64,000 nt of DNA from an uncultured Gemmatimonadales bacterium. Lineage in GTDB: Bacteria; Gemmatimonadota; Gemmatimonadetes; Palauibacterales; Palauibacteraceae. The notes below the pieces were generated by a model. It did not search any database. It worked only from the letters and a program-made list of their open reading frames with translations, and had not been told where the DNA came from. Position numbers and translations under genes: made by a program. The DNA is taken from NCBI GenBank assembly GCA_963783385.1, contig CAWANJ010000009.1:448001-512000 (forward strand), given 5' to 3'. Below are positions 39,229 to 49,089 of the stretch, piece by piece; position 1 is the stretch's first letter, and each line of letters opens with the position of its first letter.

Positions 39229-39732
39229 TCAGATCTCCAGGAACCGGTAGACCACCACCCCGGTGTCGGGGGCGTTGTCGACGTCCACGTAGCCGGAGGC
39301 GACCATGTCCCGGAGGATCTCCTCGATCTCGGGGAAGGGGAGTCCGGTGGCCTCGACGCCCTCGGTCACGGTCAGGCAGCCGCCGTGCGTCCTCGCCGCT
39401 GACAGGAGGCGTCGCATGCGCCTCGAGGTCTTGGACTCGGGCGGGTCGGCCGGCACCACCGCAGGAGCGCGAGCCGCCGTCGATATCGGCGCGGCCGGTG
39501 GGGGCATCAAGTGAGCCCACCTCGGGTGGGGCAGGTAACCCTCGCGGACGTTGGAATCCATCACCAGGCTCTTCATCCGGAACAGATCGATGAACTGGCC
39601 GATCCCGAACAGGCCGAAGGTCAGGAGCCACAGGATGCCCGTGCCGTACTTTCCCATGTAGATCCTGTGGAGTCCCGCCAGTCCCACGAAGAACAGGCAC
39701 CACAGGGCGTACGCCGGTCCCTCCCTGTACAT
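39229..39732 (-). CDS. TM2/NINE domain membrane protein with C-terminal wHTH-like region
   Basis: AYALW...GLHRIYMGKYGTGILWLLTFGLFGIGQFIDLF. Confidence 0.85.
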   Translation of the reverse strand: MYREGPAYALWCLFFVGLAGLHRIYMGKYGTGILWLLTFGLFGIGQFIDLFRMKSLVMDSNVREGYLPHPRWAHLMPPPAAPISTAARAPAVVPADPPESKTSRRMRRLLSAARTHGGCLTVTEGVEATGLPFPEIEEILRDMVASGYVDVDNAPDTGVVVYRFLEI

Positions 39733-39835
39733 CCTCGTCCCTCCCTGTCCACGGATCACGCTCCCGGACCACCGCTCCGGGCCCCGACGCGTCTCCGTAC
39801 GTCGGCCCGGCGTCCGGAGTTTCGGCCCGGTCGCC

Positions 39836-40942
39836 TCACACCCCGGAGCGGAACAGCATCACGTCGCCGTCGTGCACCACGTAGTCCTTGCCCTCGGAGC
39901 GCACCAGCCCGCGGTCCCGGGCCTCCTTCATGGAGCCGCAGGTCACGAAGTCTTCGTAGCTCACGGTCTCCGCGCGAATGAAGCCCCGCTCGAAATCCGA
40001 GTGGATCGTGCCCGCCGCCTGTGGGGCCGTCGCCCCGATCGGCACGGTCCAGGCCCGCACCTCCTTCTCTCCCGCCGTGAAGAAGGTATGGAGGCCGAGG
40101 AGCCGGTAGCCGGCCCGCACCAGCCGGTCCAGCCCGCTGCTCTCCATGCCCAGAGCCGCCAGGTACTCCTCGCGCTCGTCGGGGGGGAGCTGCGCCACCT
40201 CCGCCTCCAGCCGGGCGCACAGCGCGAGGACGCGCGCGGCGGGCTCCCGCTCGGCGACGTAGTCCCGTAGGCGCTCGAGCCCCGGCGCTTGTCCGCCGCC
40301 CATCGCTTCCTCCCCGACGTTCGCCACGAACAGGGTGGGCTTCAGCGTGAGCAGTCCGAAGCCCCGAAGCAGGTCGCGCTCCTCTTCCGTCAGGGGCTCG
40401 CGGCGGAGCGGCTCGCCAGCCGCCAGGCGGGCCTCGAGGAGCCGGAGCAGCGCGAGCTCTTCGGCCGCGCCCTTCTCGCCCGAGCGCGCCTTCTTCTCCA
40501 CCTTCTCCAGCCGCCGCGATACCGCCTCCAGGTCCGCCAGGGCCAGCTCGGTCTCGATGATCTCGAGGTCGTGCACGGGGTCGGCGCGCGCCTCCACACG
40601 GGCCACGCGCTCGTCCTCGAAGCAGCGCACCACGTGGGCGATGGCGTCCACTTCGCGGATGTGCTGCAGGAAGCGGTTGCCCAGTCCCTCCCCGCGGGAG
40701 GCCCCCTCTACGAGCCCGGCGATGTCGACGAACTCGACCACGGCCGGCGTGACCTTCCGGGGCTGCACGAGGCGGGCGAGCACGTGGAGCCGGGCGTCGG
40801 GGACCTCGATGACGCCGACGTTGGGGTCGATCGTGCAGAAGGGGTAGTTCTCGGCCGGGACCGAGACGGCGGTCAGGGCCTGGAACAGGGTCGACTTGCC
40901 CACGTTGGGCAGGCCGACAATGCCTACGGATAGCTTGGACAT
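39836..40942 (-). CDS. ychF: Ribosome-binding ATPase YchF
   Basis: GIVGLPNVGKSTLF, NYPFCTIDPN, DIAGLV.GAS.GEGLGN.FL, EGKDYVVHDGD. Confidence 0.97.
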   Translation of the reverse strand: MSKLSVGIVGLPNVGKSTLFQALTAVSVPAENYPFCTIDPNVGVIEVPDARLHVLARLVQPRKVTPAVVEFVDIAGLVEGASRGEGLGNRFLQHIREVDAIAHVVRCFEDERVARVEARADPVHDLEIIETELALADLEAVSRRLEKVEKKARSGEKGAAEELALLRLLEARLAAGEPLRREPLTEEERDLLRGFGLLTLKPTLFVANVGEEAMGGGQAPGLERLRDYVAEREPAARVLALCARLEAEVAQLPPDEREEYLAALGMESSGLDRLVRAGYRLLGLHTFFTAGEKEVRAWTVPIGATAPQAAGTIHSDFERGFIRAETVSYEDFVTCGSMKEARDRGLVRSEGKDYVVHDGDVMLFRSGV

Positions 40943-41103
40943 GGACTCGGGGGTTCGGGGCTCCTGTCGCCGCCGGCGGACCCGGCGCGCGTCGATGCGG
41001 GTACGTTGACCCCGGCGGGCGCCCGCGTGTTCCGGCGAGCTTTGCCGGGACCGCCCGGGCGCGTACATTTGCGGCCGCGTCGGGCGAGTCCCGATGGCAG
41101 CGT

Positions 41104-41178
41104 GGTGGGCGTAGCTCAGCTGGTTAGAGCGCCAGGTTGTGGCCCTGGAGGCCGCGGGTTCGAATCCCGTCGCTCACC
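41104..41178 (+). tRNA. tRNA-His (GTG), with G-1; integration site
   Basis: Acceptor GTGGGCG/CGCTCAC, D-arm GCTC/GAGC, anticodon arm CCAGG-TTGTGGC-CCTGG, T-loop TTCGAAT. Confidence 0.97.
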
Positions 41179-41180
41179 CT
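41137..41180 (+). repeat. attL core (44 bp, 3' half of tRNA-His)
   Basis: Identical to 59639-59682. Confidence 0.95.
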
Positions 41181-41183
41181 CTC

Positions 41184-41260
41184 TAAGTCACTGATTGTCA
41201 GTGACTTCCGGTTCACCGTCACCAGGCCGCCCAGCCTCACGGTGACAGTGGCGGTGACAA
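41184..41260. promoter_or_regulatory. att arm: IHF-like site/inverted repeat and putative integrase arm-type repeats
   Basis: AAGTCACTGA-N3-TCAGTGACTT (41185-41207); reverse complement of 41184-41196 fits WATCARnnnnTTR; CGGTGACAR at 41240 and 41252. Confidence 0.65.
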
Positions 41261-41284
41261 GCCGCGACCGGGAGAGGGGCTCGG

Positions 41285-42533
41285 ATGCTTGCCGAACGGC
41301 TCTACGAGATCGTCCAGGATACGCTCGCCTACGCCCGAAGATCTGACCTCGCCGACGCCCTATCGGCGCTCGCCAAGGCCACCAGGGATCGAGAGCAAGG
41401 TAGGGCCACCCCAGCAACACCGCCCCCGAATCAGCCTCCCCAGCCGAACCAGAGACGCCAAGAACCGACCGGCCCCAGTGCGGAGCAGCGCTTCCGATCG
41501 GCCCTCGACCACCTGAGCATCGCCCTCACCTCATCGGACGGGATCAATCGACTGGCCCCCTCCGATGCGAATATCCTAAAAGGCGATCGGCGGATGGGAG
41601 TTGACCGGAAAGCGACTCTGGGACCGAATCGAAAGGCGCTTGAACGTCCCGCTTTCGATGAGTCCTCGGCCTCCGACTTACTGGATCGCCTATCTGCCGG
41701 AGGTTCCAGAACAGTTCGTCGAAGCTCTGGAGGGTCTGGCGGAGAGCTTTCGAGTGCTGGGCCTGCATGGCATGGGTCTGCCGGGTGAAGCCCGCAGAGA
41801 TCGGCGTCATTTTCCCGGCCGGAGTTGAGGAGCGAAGCTTCAAGACAACCTCACGATCGGAGCTCGCTGACTTCAACTTAGCCCTCAGGGTGGTGCAGGA
41901 CGGCGGCTGGAAGACCACCCGGCGACATTCGAGTACGATCCCTGTCGAGTGGGAGCTGGTATCCTCGCGCTTCTGGGGAAGCTGGCGGTGGCTCGGGTGT
42001 TTTTGGCCTGCATCGAGGGGGGCGCTTGGCATTATCGATAAGGGGATGAGCATCGGTGCTCGCTATCGTGAACTCCGTGAGGCGGGCGCCCCGAAGAAAT
42101 CTCAGACGACCATATCAACCAGATGGTCGCCGTGGCTATGCGTCAGGAACGGGAGAGAGTTAAGGATGAGATCCTCGAGAGCGACGACGATCCGCGTCCT
42201 CGCGACCACGAAGTAGCGAACCACCTCGGCAGGGCGTTGGATTACTTCGTCCGCAAGATTAACGAAGGGGTGGTCTTTGAGGTCCGGGCTCTGCCACCGG
42301 CCGCCGGCGACGAGGGACTGGATGAGGAGTCCCGAGAATCCCTCGACCGGCTGTACAGTTTCGGCGGCGTAATGGCGGAGGACCATCCACGCCGTCACCT
42401 CCCGCATGAGGCCCTTCGGCTCGCTCGAGGCTATGAAGAAGACGAGCAAGAGGAAGGCGAGGCGGCCGGCGAGCGGGCCGATTACGGAGGACAGCCAAAT
42501 AGCGACGATGCCGCCGCCAAGAACCGGGACTAG
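41285..42533 (+). CDS. Cargo hypothetical protein (~400 aa), broken by several frameshifts
   Basis: Consecutive overlapping ORFs 41285-41788, 41601-41828, 41767-42216 and 42123-42533 read as one protein; lower GC than neighbours. Confidence 0.6.
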
Positions 42534-42534
42534 G

Positions 42535-43803
42535 CTAGGGGGCGATCAGGGCGGTGAGCCGCTCGCCGAGCTCCTTCCGGTAGTCCTCCACCCGGAACGC
42601 AACCTCCGGCCGCCGGTCGGGCCGCTGGGCCAGGTGCCCGTAACGCTCCTCGATCAGCCGCGTGGAGCTGTGCCCGAGCTCCCGGGCGACGGTGTAGAGG
42701 CTCACCGGCACCGGGACCTCCTGCGACTCCCCATCCGGACCCGGCCGCTTCACGACGTCGTAGGTCTGGATCCGCGCGGCCGTGTACGTGTGCCGGAGCA
42801 TGTGCCAGCGGATCCGCCCCTCGAGAAACCCCGCCCGCTTTCCGATCGTGTCGAGCTGCCGGCGGCACTCGCGGAGCATCTTCCCTGAGCGCGGGGAGGG
42901 AAAGAGGAGGCCGTCCTTCGGGCCGCTCCCCATGAACACGTAGGCCTGGAGGATCTCCCGGAGCTGGGGCCAGAGGGGGACCGTCCGCCTCGACCGCTTC
43001 GTCTTGAGCCCCCTGAATGCGTTCGGACGCACCCTGAGGAGCCCGGCGTCGAAGGAGAGGTCCTCCACCGTCAGGCCGAGGAGCTCGGACTTCCTGAGGC
43101 CCGTCAGAAGCGCCGTGGCGATCATCTCGTACATGGCCTCGTTCCCCCGGGCGGTGTCCGGCGGTGAGTAGAGCCGGGCCGACTCGAGGAGGAGGGCCGC
43201 CTCGGCCGGCTCCAGCCAGTCCTCTCGCTCCTTCCGCTCCGGCACCGGCTTGTCCAGGAGCGCCGCTACGGGGTTGTAGCCCGGAGGGACGACCTCCTCC
43301 TGCTGGGCGCGGCGGTAGAGGTTGGAGAGGCTGTTCAGGTGGTCCCGAACGGTCTTCTCGGAGAGCGTGCCGCCACGGCCGTTGTCGGTCTTCCGGAGGA
43401 CCGCGATCCACTGGCGCATGTCGGACGGCCGGATCGTCGTGAGCTCGCGGTCCTTCCCGAAGAACTCCACGGCCCGGGCGAGCTGATTCTCGACCGCCAC
43501 GAGCCACTTCGGGGACACGCCGGCCCGCTTCTTCGCCTTCATGTGCTCGGAGCCGAAGGCCTCGAGGCCCTCCACGCGCCGCACGCCCGTCACGACGCGC
43601 CGCTGGCGAAGCTCCTGGAGCTCCTGGAGGCGCTTGGCCGCCAGGGACTCGGCGATCGCCGGGTCCGTAGTGGCCCGCTTCGCCCCGTCGGGGATCAGCG
43701 CCTCCCGGCCGCCGCCCTCGGCGGCGTAGTCCCGAAAGTCCGCGTAGTAGCGGTCCTCGCCGCCGCGATTCCGCGTGTAGAGCCTGCCTCCGTTCTTTGC
43801 CAT
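42535..43803 (-). CDS. Tyrosine recombinase/integrase
   Basis: Catalytic set TGLRKSEL, KTKRSRR, WHMLRHT, ELGHSS, ERYGH; strong RBS. Confidence 0.95.
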   Translation of the reverse strand: MAKNGGRLYTRNRGGEDRYYADFRDYAAEGGGREALIPDGAKRATTDPAIAESLAAKRLQELQELRQRRVVTGVRRVEGLEAFGSEHMKAKKRAGVSPKWLVAVENQLARAVEFFGKDRELTTIRPSDMRQWIAVLRKTDNGRGGTLSEKTVRDHLNSLSNLYRRAQQEEVVPPGYNPVAALLDKPVPERKEREDWLEPAEAALLLESARLYSPPDTARGNEAMYEMIATALLTGLRKSELLGLTVEDLSFDAGLLRVRPNAFRGLKTKRSRRTVPLWPQLREILQAYVFMGSGPKDGLLFPSPRSGKMLRECRRQLDTIGKRAGFLEGRIRWHMLRHTYTAARIQTYDVVKRPGPDGESQEVPVPVSLYTVARELGHSSTRLIEERYGHLAQRPDRRPEVAFRVEDYRKELGERLTALIAP

Positions 43804-43812
43804 GTCTCCTCC

Positions 43813-44115
43813 TCAGCCGCTTCCGTCCCGCCGTGCCGGGTCGAGCTCTGTCCCGTGCAGGTTGGCTCGCTGCCACTCGGCCAGGAGCTCCTGCCATGCG
43901 TCCTCGACCCAAGTGCCGTCGGGGACCTCCATGACCTCCGCCGCGCCGCCGGTAGGGTCGGGCGTCACGACCAGCCGACAGGCCGGATGTCCGGTCGTGC
44001 TGTGAATCTCCTTCTGTGGGCCGCCCAAGCGCGCGAAGATCATGTAGGTCCCGCAGCACGGACACCGGACACGCACCAGGCGATCGTGAGGTCCGGCGGG
44101 GCCGGACCCTGTCAC
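43813..44115 (-). CDS. Small Cys-rich (zinc-ribbon-like) hypothetical protein
   Basis: GTG overlapping the upstream stop; VRCPCCGT...HPAC. Confidence 0.55.
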   Translation of the reverse strand: MTGSGPAGPHDRLVRVRCPCCGTYMIFARLGGPQKEIHSTTGHPACRLVVTPDPTGGAAEVMEVPDGTWVEDAWQELLAEWQRANLHGTELDPARRDGSG

Positions 44116-44344
44116 GTCGGGCCGCCCTCGAGCTCGGCCGCGAGGCCGCACAGCTGGCCCCCCCGGCGACGGGCCACACGCGCTGCGGCCGCCTGCCAGC
44201 CCTCCGGCGGAGAGCGGTGCCCGATGCGCTCGGATCGAGGCGCGCCTGGTAAAGAAGGGCGGCGCTCACGCCGAGCTCCTCGGCGATCTCATCCAGGCGG
44301 CATCCCGCCGCGAGGAGCCGATCGGTGACTTGCTTGAAGTCCAT
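44112..44344 (-). CDS. Small HTH repressor-like protein, one frameshift at ~44220
   Basis: MDFKQVTDRLLAAGCRLDEIAEELGVSAALLYQARLDP, continuing RSPPEGWQAAAARVARRRGGQLCGLAAELEG in the shifted frame. Confidence 0.7.
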
Positions 44345-44359
44345 GCGTAAAACTCGACC

Positions 44360-44404
44360 TTGACAGGAGCGGTGTCAATAGGCAATTTGACAGCGTGAGG
44401 TCAA
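44360..44404. promoter_or_regulatory. Divergent switch with two TTGAC...GTCAA palindromes
   Basis: TTGACA-N7-TGTCAA (44360-44378) and TTGAC-N8-GTCAA (44387-44404). Confidence 0.7.
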
Positions 44405-44451
44405 CGTAGCCCGGCCGCGGGGCCGGGTCCACCCCGAACGAGGAGCGCCAC

Positions 44452-44787
44452 ATGCCGCCGGCAACACTGGATCGACCCGAGACGAAGGCGCCCGACACCG
44501 TCGCCGATCGCACCTGCCTGGGGATCCCGATCCTCTCGGAGACGTTCAGGGAGACCTACTACGACGCCATCAAGGCGGACCCGGGGAGGGTCGGAAAGCT
44601 GGAGGCGATCGCCGATATGATGCAGGAGCTCCTCTGGAGCGAGTCGGAGGGACTGGAGTCCGGCCATCCGGCCATGCGTCCATTCGAGAACGCGATCGAC
44701 GCCACCAGCGAACTCAAGGACGCGCTCACCAGGGCTCGCGCGGCGCTCCTGGATCTCCAGGGGCCGGACGCGAACGCACAGAGCTAG
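44452..44787 (+). CDS. Hypothetical helical protein, first gene of the rightward arm
   Basis: GAGGAG RBS; 111 aa; good codon usage. Confidence 0.7.
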   Translation: MPPATLDRPETKAPDTVADRTCLGIPILSETFRETYYDAIKADPGRVGKLEAIADMMQELLWSESEGLESGHPAMRPFENAIDATSELKDALTRARAALLDLQGPDANAQS

Positions 44788-44916
44788 GGGAGGCCTCGGG
44801 CCGCAGGGTTCACGCATGGAGCCCTGCGGCCGGTCCAGGTGTCCAGCCCTGCTTCGCACCACCGGGAGAGCCTCGCAGCTCGGCACTGAGCTGGAATTGA
44901 ATTTCGCGCCAAGCTG

Positions 44917-45040
44917 TTGACAGGGGGCTACCGGTGGACTAGCCTTATAAGACGCGGCCGGAGGGCCGCCGGGGCACGGCCCCCGATACAGCAGCAAAAT
45001 CGCCGCGGGGCGGACCCATCGAGCGCTACCGCCCCTTTTT
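44917..45040 (+). promoter_or_regulatory. Promoter (TTGACA-17-TAGCCT), structured leader and terminator-like hairpin
   Basis: Hairpins 44954-44969 and 44970-44985; GGGGCGG...CCGCCCC-TTTTT at 45007-45040. Confidence 0.55.
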
Positions 45041-45058
45041 GCATCGCAGGAGGTTCGA

Positions 45059-45240
45059 ATGTCACGCCGCCGCGGCCAGCCGTTCTCCATGTGGCTGAGA
45101 GACGATGAGCGCGAGCGGCTAGAGCCGCGGCCCAGCGGGTCAGTGGCTCCGCCGGATCGCTCGCCCGCCGCGGCGCCCTGGGGCTCGCGGGTCAGCTTCT
45201 AGGGGACGCCCCCGCACCCAACTCGACGCCGCGCGCATGC
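45059..45240 (+). CDS. Probable ribbon-helix-helix regulator (frameshifted, end uncertain)
   Basis: AGGAGG RBS; MSRRRGQPFSMWLRDDERERLE... beta-alpha pattern. Confidence 0.4.
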
Positions 45241-45642
45241 GACGAGGTCGAGCGGTAGTGCCGGTGAGGCGGCGCTCGACTTCGGCAACTGGAGGACGGC
45301 CTCCCAGCAGCACCGAGGTGGCCAGCCATGTCTCGACGCAAGCCGCTGTACCGACCGCGACGCGGGCGCTTCCTAACGGCCGCCGAGAACTCGCATCTCG
45401 CGCACGGGATCATGGCCGTCCAATGGGTGGCGAGCGCGTGTTCGCGGCCGACCGCTGCTCGAGCCTGGTCGAACGCGGTCCGGGCATCCGGGAGGACGCG
45501 GGACTCGGACTGCGCCGGCGAACGTGAGAGGCACCGGGGCCGGTCGACGGGGCCGGTGGCGTGACGGCCGACCTACGGCGGTCGAAGCGCCCGCGGGGTG
45601 GTGGCCGCGCCCGGTCGCCCTACTCACGGACCTCTCGGTCCA

Positions 45643-46023
45643 ATGACGCCGGCGTTCCCGAGCCGCCGCTTCGTGGACCTGCTCCGCGAGCTCTACTGGC
45701 TGGGCGACGCGCCGCCGCCGGCCGCGCCGCCTGGCTGGAACGAGGCCGCCGAGCTTCAGGATCTCCGGGCCGCCTGGCGGAACCTTGGTCGAGATGCCGA
45801 GCGCGTCGAGCGCGCCATGCGCGGCTTCCGCGCCCTCGCCGATCGCGGAGAGCTGCCGGGCACCGCGGCGGGCGAGGCCTTCACGGGCGCGCTCCTCAAG
45901 CGCCTGCGGGGCGAAGGCTTCTGGGAACGGGCGGAGCGGGCCGGCCAGGTGTTCGAGCCGGGGCCGCCAGCGAAGGAGCGGCGCCCCCGGACCTGGTCGG
46001 CACGCTCGCCGGTCGGATCGGCC
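45643..46023 (+). CDS. Hypothetical protein, in frame with the DnaB N-terminus (fusion or frameshift artefact)
   Basis: MTPAFPSRRFVDLLRELYW...; part of ORF 45598-46902. Confidence 0.45.
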
Positions 46024-47396
46024 ATGGCTAGCGCGGTCGCCGCGGTCCCGAACTCGGAGCTCGCGGAGCGGGCCGTCCTCGGCGCGTTGATCCTCGATCC
46101 GGAGCGCGCGGACGATCTTCTCGCCGAACTCCGGCCGGAGGACTTCCTCGATCCCGGGCGCCGGGCCGTGTTCGAGGCCTCAAGGTCGCTCTACCGGGAT
46201 GCGCGGACGATCTCGGCGGAGCTCCTCCACGAGCGACTCCTGGCCGACGGCGAACTCGAGCGCGCCGGGGGCGCGAGGGGGCTCGCTGGCCTCCTCGAGA
46301 CCGACGTCGCCGGAAAGCAGGCGCTCGAGCTCGCACGCGAGCTGAGGGGCCACCGGATCCGCCGCGAGCTGCTCCGGGCCGCTGGCGACGTCGCAGCCAT
46401 GGCCCGCCGCCTGGACGTGCCGGCCGGCGAGCTGGCGGGCCGCGCCGAGTCGCGGATCCTCGAAGCTGCCGGCGCCGACGTGCACCAGGACAATGGCCTC
46501 GCGATCGGGGCCGCGGCGCTCCAGGCGCTCGAGAGGATCGAGCGCGTCCGGGAGAAGGGCGGTGCGATGGGGCTTCCCACCGGCCTCGGGGCTCGACCGG
46601 CTCACGGGCGGGCTCCGGGCGGGCCAGCTCTGGATCGGCGGCGGGGACACGAGCTCGGGGAAGACCTCGCTCGCCGTCGGCATCGCCCGGCACCTCGCGC
46701 TCGCCGAGGCCCAGCGGGTCGTGTTCTACAGCTTCGAGATGGGCGGGACGGACATCGGGGAGCGCGTCCTCCTCCAGGAGGCCGGGATCGGACTCGCCCG
46801 GGCGAAGCGCCGGGACCTCGGGCAGGCCGACATCGAAAGCTCCACAGGGCGGCCGCGCGGCTGCAGCGCGCCCGCTCAAGATCGTTCCCGCCTCCGACCT
46901 GAGCGCCACGGAGCTTCGTGCCCGCGCCCGCCGCGAGGTGCGCCGGGGCGGCGCCCGGCTCCTCGTTGTCGACTACCTCCAGCTCGTCCCGGGAGGCGGC
47001 GGCGAGACCCGCGAGCAGGAGGTCTCGGGCGTCACGCGGGAGCTCGGCCGCATGGCGCGCGAGCTCGAGGTCCCCGTCCTCGCCCTGGCCCAGATCAACC
47101 GCTCGCACGCCTTCCGCTCGGGCGACCACCGGCCCCAGCTCTCCGATCTCCGCGAGTCGGGAGCGATCGAGCAGAACGCCGACGTCGTCCTGTTCGTCTA
47201 CCGGCCGGGCCGCTACCGGGACCCCACCGAGCCCGAATACCGGAAGGAGCGGGAGGAGGCGGAACTCATCGTCGCCAAGCAGCGCCAGGGACCGCTCGGG
47301 ACGGTGCGCTGCCGCTTCCGCGGTGAGCTCTACCGCTTCGAGGAGCTCCTGCCGGACGAGCAGGCTTCCTACAGCCGCGGAAGGGTTCGCACATGA
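46024..47396 (+). CDS. DnaB-like replicative helicase, frameshifts at ~46590 and ~46850-46880
   Basis: AERAVLGALI, GLPTG, GGDTSSGKTS, YSFEM, VVDYLQL, LAQINR, RPQLSDLRESGAIEQNAD, IVAKQRQGPLG. Confidence 0.9.
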
Positions 47397-47662
47397 GCGC
47401 GCCGAGGCCGGAAGTCGTGACGATCCGCCGATGGGCGCTCGCGCTCCCGGGCGGCCGGTCGCTCGTGGTCCGGTCATTGGATGATGCCGAAGGACGGACG
47501 CGCACCGTCTGGCTCGGTCTCGGCTGGTCGGAGGACCGGGAAGCTCCCATCTCCACAGAGGGCGGCGTCGCCGTTCCCGGGGACGTGGTGCCCGGGCTGG
47601 TCGGATCCTGGAGGCACTCTCATGAGTCCGGCCAATGCCCGGCTCGGTCCTCCGGGGGCTGA
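47393..47662 (+). CDS. Hypothetical protein
   Basis: ATGA-coupled to the DnaB-like gene; beta-rich, 89 aa. Confidence 0.5.
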   Translation: MSAPRPEVVTIRRWALALPGGRSLVVRSLDDAEGRTRTVWLGLGWSEDREAPISTEGGVAVPGDVVPGLVGSWRHSHESGQCPARSSGG

Positions 47663-47730
47663 TCGAGATCCTCCGGGCCGTCGAAGCCCGGGGGGACCAG
47701 GCATGAGGCGCTCCCGGCCCCCCGATTCGT

Positions 47731-47900
47731 TTGCAGACGTCTGCAACGCCAGGCATGCGGCCATGCGTCGCGGACGCATTCCCCGACCGACCATCCGAGC
47801 CGGGGCCGGCGGCGACGCCGGTGCGGGCGCGCGGCGTTTCACCTCCTCCGCCGCCCCCGGGGGCCGCATCCCCCGCCCGGTCTCCTCTTCGCTCATGCGG
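47731..47900 (+). ncRNA. Candidate structured RNA/regulatory region with GNRA hairpin and anti-SD loop
   Basis: 16-bp palindrome 47731-47746; hairpin 47763-47779; outer stem 47800-05/47855-60 enclosing a GCGA-tetraloop hairpin and a hairpin with loop TTTCACCTCCTC. Confidence 0.5.
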
Positions 47901-47910
47901 GAGCGACGCG

Positions 47911-48945
47911 GTGTCCGGACCGACTGATGCCTACGCCCGGCTCGCCGACGCCGCCGTCCGCGAGGGCCGCCTCGAGGAGCTCGACCAGCTTGTGCGGGCG
48001 ATCGACCCCGCCTTGGCCCGCCGACTCCAGTCAGCGCTCACCAACGGCCTCAAGGAGCGCAATGCCGAGGAAGCCCGCGGCGACGACGGCCCCCAGATCG
48101 TCCGCCTGGCCGAGATCCTCGCGCGCCCCGATCTCCTCGAGCCGCCGCGGACCGTGGTCCCCCGGCTCGCCTGGTCGGGCCGCGTCACGCTCCTGGCCGG
48201 CCGCGAGAAGGTCGGCAAGTCCACCCTCGCCGCCGGCGCCGAGGCGGCGGTCTCGGCGGGCGCCGGGCTCTTCGGGGCCTCGACGCCCTGCGGGCCGGTC
48301 CTTCTCCTCGCGCTCGAGGAGCACATGGGCGACGTGGCCCGCCGGCTCCAGGCCTTCCGCGCCGACCCCGAGCGCGTCTGGGTCCTCGACCGGATCGAGG
48401 AGCCGCTGGCCGACCTCGCCGGCGCCGTCCAACACGTCGGCCCGGCCCTGGTCGTGGTGGACACCCTCGCGGCCTTCACCGCGCCGCTCGGCCTCGAGCC
48501 GGGCAGCTCGACCGACTGGACCCCGGTCATGGCCGGGATCGCCCGGGTGGCCCGCGACACGGAGACGGCGATCGTGCTTCTCCACCACGCCTCGAAGGCG
48601 GACGGCTCCTACCGGGACTCCACCGCGATCGGCGCGGGGGTCGACGTGATCCTCGAAGCGAAGCGCGGCACCGAGGAGACGGTGCAGGTGAAGGCCCGCG
48701 GCCGGTTCCCCGTCGAGGACTTCACGGTCCGGCTGCTGGGGAGCCCGGCACGGCCCCGGCTCGCCCTGGCCGCCGGGGAGCTCGGCCTCGACGCCCGCGT
48801 GCTGTTCTACGTCGACCGGAACCCGGGGGCCTCGAAGCGGGCGGTCTGCGGGGGGGTCGAGGGCAGGGCGCAGGACATTCTCAACACCGTCGATCAGCTG
48901 CTGGGGCGAGGCCTCGTGGAGGACCGCGGCGACGGACGCGGCTGA
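47911..48945 (+). CDS. AAA_25 / RepA-like (RecA-fold) ATPase-helicase
   Basis: AGREKVGKST, LALEE, LVVVDT, LLHHASK, RDSTAI; possible C-terminal wHTH. Confidence 0.85.
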   Translation: MSGPTDAYARLADAAVREGRLEELDQLVRAIDPALARRLQSALTNGLKERNAEEARGDDGPQIVRLAEILARPDLLEPPRTVVPRLAWSGRVTLLAGREKVGKSTLAAGAEAAVSAGAGLFGASTPCGPVLLLALEEHMGDVARRLQAFRADPERVWVLDRIEEPLADLAGAVQHVGPALVVVDTLAAFTAPLGLEPGSSTDWTPVMAGIARVARDTETAIVLLHHASKADGSYRDSTAIGAGVDVILEAKRGTEETVQVKARGRFPVEDFTVRLLGSPARPRLALAAGELGLDARVLFYVDRNPGASKRAVCGGVEGRAQDILNTVDQLLGRGLVEDRGDGRG

Positions 48946-48974
48946 GCGCTGCACTCGACCGCTCAAAGCACAGG

Positions 48975-49089
48975 CGGAAACGGGGCGGAAGCACCCGGAA
49001 ACGGTTCCGGAAACGCTAGCACGGGCAGGGGAGGGGAGAGCGTTTCCCGAGGGGGGCACACCCCTGAAAGGGGTGCCCCCTCGGAAACG
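48975..49089. repeat. Iteron-like CGGAAACG repeats plus long hairpin; putative replication origin
   Basis: Copies at 48975, 48996, 49008 and 49082, inverted copy at 49041; hairpin 49041-49089. Confidence 0.65.

Noticed and set aside
42530-44344. 604-aa repressor-fusion ORF
   Set aside because: Caused by a frameshift in the short HTH gene reading into a shadow frame of the integrase.
46024-47396. Intein in DnaB (or in RtcB at 1796-3265)
   Set aside because: Lengths match intein-free proteins and no splice-junction motifs were seen.
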